From an uncultured Pelagibacteraceae bacterium (GTDB lineage: Bacteria > Pseudomonadota > Alphaproteobacteria > Pelagibacterales > Pelagibacteraceae): DNA of 64,000 nucleotides. The DNA lies in NCBI GenBank assembly GCA_902604175.1, contig CACKXR010000002.1, forward strand, positions 5,750 to 69,749, given 5' to 3'. Numbering within the stretch: the first letter of the stretch is position 1; each line of letters begins with the position of its first letter. This document shows positions 60,284 through 64,000 of this stretch, one piece after another. Made by a program: the position numbers and the translations under genes. The notes below the pieces were generated by a model, which saw only the letters and a list, made by a program, of their open reading frames with translations, was not told the DNA's origin and searched no databases.

Positions 60284-61194
60284 AATCATTTTTAAAAGAA
60301 GTAAGTCTCGGTTTAAGTAAAAAGAATAAGAAGTTAAGCTCTAAATGGTTTTATGACTTTCGTGGATCAAAACTTTTTGAACAAATTACCAAGTTAAAAA
60401 CATATTACCCAACAAGAACTGAAAGAAAAATTTTAAAAGATAATAAAATTGAAATTGCTAATAAAATAGGTAAGAGAGCAGTTTTAATTGAACCAGGTGC
60501 TGGAGACTTCAAAAAAATAGCAATTTTTCTAAACAGTTTAGATAAGCCAAAAAAATATATACCTTTGGATATTTCTGAAGATTATATAAACAAGATATCT
60601 CAAGGTTTTAAAAAAAAATTTCCAAATATAGCTATTACTCCTAAAGGATATGACTTTTCGAGAAATAATAAACCACCTTTTAAAATCAATTCATCTGAAA
60701 ATATAATTATATTTTTTCCTGGATCAACAATTGGTAATTTTGATGAGAAGGATGCTATTAAATTTTTAAAAATGTTAAAATCAAAATTTAAAGCAAAAAA
60801 AATTATTATTGGAGCAGATTTAGTAAAAGATATCCCAACTCTAATTACTGCTTATGATGACAAAGAAGGGGTCACTGCAAAATTTAATAAAAATATATTA
60901 CGAAGAATCAATACTGAATTGGGTGCAGATATAAATCTGAATTCCTATAAACATTTAGCAATTTATAATAAACAAAAAAAAAGAATTGAGATGAGACTAA
61001 AATCTAAAAAAAGAAATAATATTAGAATTAATGGTTCAAATTATTTAATTAAAAAAAATGAAGAGATACATACAGAGAATTCTCACAAATATACGATTAA
61101 ATCCTTCAAAAACTTAGCTAATAAAGCTGGGTGGAAAATCAAAAAAACGTGGGTTGATGATAAAAAACTATTTAGTGTTCATTGTCTAAGTTAA
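60280..61194 (+). CDS. egtD: L-histidine N-alpha-trimethyltransferase EgtD
   Basis: KWFYD.RGS.LFE.IT...YYPTRTE, EPGAG, FPGSTIGN, AYDD..GVTA.FN and HTENSHKY motifs; ATGA overlap with egtB. Confidence 0.93.
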   Translation: MKSFLKEVSLGLSKKNKKLSSKWFYDFRGSKLFEQITKLKTYYPTRTERKILKDNKIEIANKIGKRAVLIEPGAGDFKKIAIFLNSLDKPKKYIPLDISEDYINKISQGFKKKFPNIAITPKGYDFSRNNKPPFKINSSENIIIFFPGSTIGNFDEKDAIKFLKMLKSKFKAKKIIIGADLVKDIPTLITAYDDKEGVTAKFNKNILRRINTELGADINLNSYKHLAIYNKQKKRIEMRLKSKKRNNIRINGSNYLIKKNEEIHTENSHKYTIKSFKNLANKAGWKIKKTWVDDKKLFSVHCLS

Positions 61195-61201
61195 ATCTGT
61201 T

Positions 61202-61582
61202 TCACTCATCAGTAAAATATTCAACTTCCTGAAATCGATCTGTTGGGAAAAACCAATAAAATCCAAATGTTTCATCACTATTATTTTCAAGTGCATGTTT
61301 GGCATTATTAGAAATATAAACTACATCCCCTTTTTTAATATCTTCAAGTTCTCCATCTTTGTTTAAAGTTGCAGTACCATTAGTTACAACATAAATTTCG
61401 TCTGGCGCATGATGATGTAAAGTTAATTTTCCACCTGGTAAAACCTCTGCAAAACCACATGAAATTCCTTTGCTTCCATCAATATCTGCGTCAACTAAAA
61501 ACTTCCATCTCACTCCAGGATATTTCTCACTTTTTTTCCATTCCTGATTGGAGATTGAATTAAAGTTTTTAACAAATATCAT
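61202..61582 (-). CDS. dddK: cupin DMSP lyase DddK
   Basis: MIFVKN...EW...EKYPGVRWKFL.DAD.DGS.G.S.GFAE..PGG.LTLH.H.P.EIYVV.NG...KGDVVYI..NA.HAL.N...FYW.FPTDRF.EVEYF closely matches Pelagibacter DddK as I recall it. The His/His/Glu/His metal ligands and the active-site tyrosines are present. Confidence 0.88.
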   Translation of the reverse strand: MIFVKNFNSISNQEWKKSEKYPGVRWKFLVDADIDGSKGISCGFAEVLPGGKLTLHHHAPDEIYVVTNGTATLNKDGELEDIKKGDVVYISNNAKHALENNSDETFGFYWFFPTDRFQEVEYFTDE

Positions 61583-61615
61583 AAGAGATTTAGATTATAT
61601 AAATTTTAGATTTTT

Positions 61616-61843
61616 ATGAACAAAATTAATTCTAGTAAATTGTGGAAAATAATACAGGAAGCTGGCGATTATTTGGAAGGACAATTGCCTGATCACCCTA
61701 ATCACCCCAAGGGTAGAAACGCCTATGCCCATGTAGCTAATTGCGTAAAATCTAAATTTAAAGCGAGTTACAAAGATATCCCTGATGAACAGCTTGAGGA
61801 AGTTTTAAAATATATTGAATATTTAAAGGAAAATCCAAATTAG
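61616..61843 (+). CDS. small hypothetical protein with an ORF6C-like C-terminus
   Basis: 75-aa ORF filling the gap; KSKFKASYKDIPDEQLEEVLKYI resembles the ORF6C (phage antirepressor C-terminal) pattern. Confidence 0.7.
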   Translation: MNKINSSKLWKIIQEAGDYLEGQLPDHPNHPKGRNAYAHVANCVKSKFKASYKDIPDEQLEEVLKYIEYLKENPN

Positions 61844-61847
61844 AGAC

Positions 61848-62963
61848 TTATTGCTTAGGAAAATAATCCTTGAGCTCCCCTTCCCTATATACATCTGCTG
61901 TGCAACAATGAAGTCCTCCACCAAATGCATAAGCATCTCGTAGTTCTACTGGTACAACTTCCATTCCAAGTTTATCTAATTGTTCTGCTTGATAAGTCTC
62001 ACTTTTTTCAACACATACTGTTTTAGAATCTAAAACTAACACATTCATAGATAACCAAGTTGATGAATAACATAATGGGGGTGGCTCGTTGTGTGCTGGT
62101 TGTGCGCTATCAATTATTTCCCATCCGTTATTTTCAAATAATTTTCTTTGCTCTTTTGGTAGTCTTCTTTGAGGATTATTTATTATTAATCCTTCTTTTA
62201 TTGGTGTGAAGGTTGCATCAATATGAATTGGGTATGGATCACCAGGAAAGTTCACTGCATGAATTCTGTGATCTTTATAATGTCTTTTTAACCAATCAAT
62301 ACCTTTTAGATTTGTAGTAAAGCCATGTTGTACTACTAAGTCTTTTCCAAATCTCAATACATCAGCTGCATCAAATAATGGTTCTTCTTCTGTTGTTACA
62401 AAAAATTTTTTTTCTGTCCATTCTAATCTTTTCTTTACTCCAATTTTATCTGATAAGTAATCTTTTCTATAATCAAGGTCTGTCAATCTAGGTTTTGGTG
62501 CAGACTCATGTCTCATATTTGGATCTTGGTTGTAATAATTTTGTAGAAGTGGTCTATAACATAAATATTCAAACCATCGACAACGATAGCTCATTGTCGC
62601 TTCTAAAATTTCATTACCAACAGTCAGTAAAACATCTCTAGGTGGCATACAGCCAAACATGGTTTCTGCCTCCCAATCAGGAGTAGATGTTTTTTGATTA
62701 AAATCTAAAGGTGTTGGTCGATCAACTTTAATTCCTCTTTTCTTAAGTATATTTGAAAAATCATTTAAAAGTTGATTGGCTTTATCAACTGTATCTTTAG
62801 TTCTTGGTCCAAACTGGCCTCGCATATCACTTTCTTCGGGAACTTTAGCATCAAGTGCTGGTTCGGGTGCTGGAATACAAGTGCCATCTGCTCTTCCGAC
62901 AATTACATGTTTTAATGGATCCCATTCATTCCAACTATTCACAATAGTATTATTTTTGTTCAT
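61848..62963 (-). CDS. amidinotransferase (L-arginine:glycine amidinotransferase-like)
   Basis: VNSWNEWDPLKHVIVG, PRD, R.FEY..YR, EP.FDAAD, TN..GI.W, HIDAT, SS.WLSMNVL and GGGLHCCT motifs give the Asp-His-Cys triad. Confidence 0.88.
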   Translation of the reverse strand: MNKNNTIVNSWNEWDPLKHVIVGRADGTCIPAPEPALDAKVPEESDMRGQFGPRTKDTVDKANQLLNDFSNILKKRGIKVDRPTPLDFNQKTSTPDWEAETMFGCMPPRDVLLTVGNEILEATMSYRCRWFEYLCYRPLLQNYYNQDPNMRHESAPKPRLTDLDYRKDYLSDKIGVKKRLEWTEKKFFVTTEEEPLFDAADVLRFGKDLVVQHGFTTNLKGIDWLKRHYKDHRIHAVNFPGDPYPIHIDATFTPIKEGLIINNPQRRLPKEQRKLFENNGWEIIDSAQPAHNEPPPLCYSSTWLSMNVLVLDSKTVCVEKSETYQAEQLDKLGMEVVPVELRDAYAFGGGLHCCTADVYREGELKDYFPKQ

Positions 62964-62966
62964 AGA

Positions 62967-63872
62967 TTAATTTAAAGCGATGTATCTTTTATTCCATCTC
63001 ATGATCAAACTGTAATAAATTATTGAAACAAAAAGAAAAAATCCACCAATAATAGTGTTTGTTGTAGGAACCTCATTGATACCAAATAGTGGTAGCCATA
63101 CCCAGAATATTCCACCCACTACTTCAGTTAAAGATAGCAATGTAAGTTCTGCTGCTGGAATAGCTTTTGAGCCTATTGAATATAAAATTAAACCAAAGCA
63201 AACTAATGTTCCGTGTAAAGAAAATAAAGTTCCATTATAGCTTGATGAAAAAAATACTAAATCGTTTGTAATGATTGCTATAGATGAAAAAACGACACAA
63301 AAGAAGCCTGCAAAAGCAACTGTTGTGAATTTAGGAGTTTCTTTTCTCCACCTTAATGTTACTGAAAAAACCGAAAAACCAATTGAAGCCGTAAGACCAA
63401 ATACAAATCCTATTAAAGATTTTTCACTGGTATTACCAAGTGCCATAATTAGTATACCTGCAGTTGCTATGACAATTGAAATCCAAACATTTAAAGAAAT
63501 TTTTTCTTTTAAAAATAAAAAAGCTAATAATGCTGTAAAAAAAGGCATTGCAGCCAAACAAAGTAATGTTACCGCAGCACTAGTGTTGGTAATTGAATAA
63601 ATAAAGGTGATCATCGCAACACCTAGGCCAGAGCCACCTATCATACCTGATAAACCTATTTTGAAATAATTTTTGTAAAAATTTTTTCCTTCTTCGAAAA
63701 ATAAGTAAAGATTTAATAAAATAAAAATAGTCAAGCCTCTTCCAAAAATATACTGCCATGGGACTAGATGTGGATTATCCATGTATCTCACAACTAACGG
63801 GCCTAATGACCAAAGTAATCCTGCAAATAAAACAACTGGAATAGCTATTTTAGGACTTCTAAGCTCAATCAT
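62967..63872 (-). CDS. DMT/EamA family transporter
   Basis: About 10 TM; LWSLGPL, LFLKE and LSLTEVVGGIFWVW motifs; ends 3 nt upstream of the amidinotransferase. Confidence 0.85.
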   Translation of the reverse strand: MIELRSPKIAIPVVLFAGLLWSLGPLVVRYMDNPHLVPWQYIFGRGLTIFILLNLYLFFEEGKNFYKNYFKIGLSGMIGGSGLGVAMITFIYSITNTSAAVTLLCLAAMPFFTALLAFLFLKEKISLNVWISIVIATAGILIMALGNTSEKSLIGFVFGLTASIGFSVFSVTLRWRKETPKFTTVAFAGFFCVVFSSIAIITNDLVFFSSSYNGTLFSLHGTLVCFGLILYSIGSKAIPAAELTLLSLTEVVGGIFWVWLPLFGINEVPTTNTIIGGFFLFVSIIYYSLIMRWNKRYIALN

Positions 63873-63973
63873 ATGCCAAAATCTAATTCTAAATAGAATT
63901 TTCTACAACAAAAATATAGTTTAAATCTAAATTTAAAATCAGTGATATATATGAAATAATATAAAAAATTTAT

Positions 63974-64000
63974 ATGGATTTAAAAATTTTAGAGATTGCT
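63974..64000 (+). CDS. possible 5' end of a CDS running off the window
   Basis: ATG GAT TTA AAA ATT TTA GAG ATT GCT (MDLKILEIA) is open to the edge after an AT-rich divergent spacer. Confidence 0.3.

Noticed and set aside
61848-62963. Link between the amidinotransferase (as an inosamine-phosphate amidinotransferase) and the iol genes
   Set aside because: The loci are about 58 kb apart, no aminotransferase or kinase for inosamine phosphate is present, and the motifs look closer to glycine amidinotransferase.
258-63600. Many short alternative ORFs in the ORF track (e.g. 258-470, 1298-1501, 6258-6557, 12103-12384, 51028-51420, 57173-57517, 63271-63600)
   Set aside because: They are antisense or out-of-frame shadows of well-supported genes and have no recognisable motifs.
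1-64000. tRNA/rRNA genes, CRISPR arrays, IS elements, prophage or defence systems
   Set aside because: Intergenic gaps are short and AT-rich, with no cloverleaf, spaced repeats, transposase, integrase or nuclease motifs seen.

Overview
Very AT-rich, gene-dense bacterial chromosome segment. Gene content, gene order and tiny intergenic spacers point to a streamlined marine alphaproteobacterium of the SAR11/Pelagibacteraceae type (inference). About 65 CDSs. No rRNA, tRNA, CRISPR array, integrase or transposase was recognised. Left end (1-5.2 kb): accessory inositol-catabolism genes (iolE, Gfo/Idh/MocA, iolG), a 2OG-Fe(II) oxygenase and a homocysteine S-methyltransferase. Core block: glnA; iscR-sufBCDSU-sufT-sufA with an IscR box; anmK/tyrS; an AsmA-like bridge protein; prfB with a +1 frameshift; PBP1A; RNase E; thiSG; aroQ-accBC; an NrdJ C-terminal remnant; aspS; hdaA; purMN; ndk; pepA; lptFGD-surA-pdxA-rsmA; gmk; fabDG-acpP; rpsF-rpsR-rplI-dnaB; MMPL-cvpA-purF. 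Right end (54.5-64 kb): a sulfur/thiol/osmolyte neighbourhood with gshAB, transporters, ergothioneine egtBD, the DMSP lyase dddK, an ORF6C-like small protein and an AGAT-like amidinotransferase with a DMT transporter. Most notable observations: tandem module duplications in both trans-periplasm bridge proteins (LptD, 60 aa; AsmA-like, 74 aa), the amidinotransferase-DMT pair, a stand-alone NrdJ C-terminal domain protein, RNase E lacking its Zn-link, an unannotated 56-aa ORF and a structured glnA leader. All family assignments come from motif recognition by eye; no database search was run.
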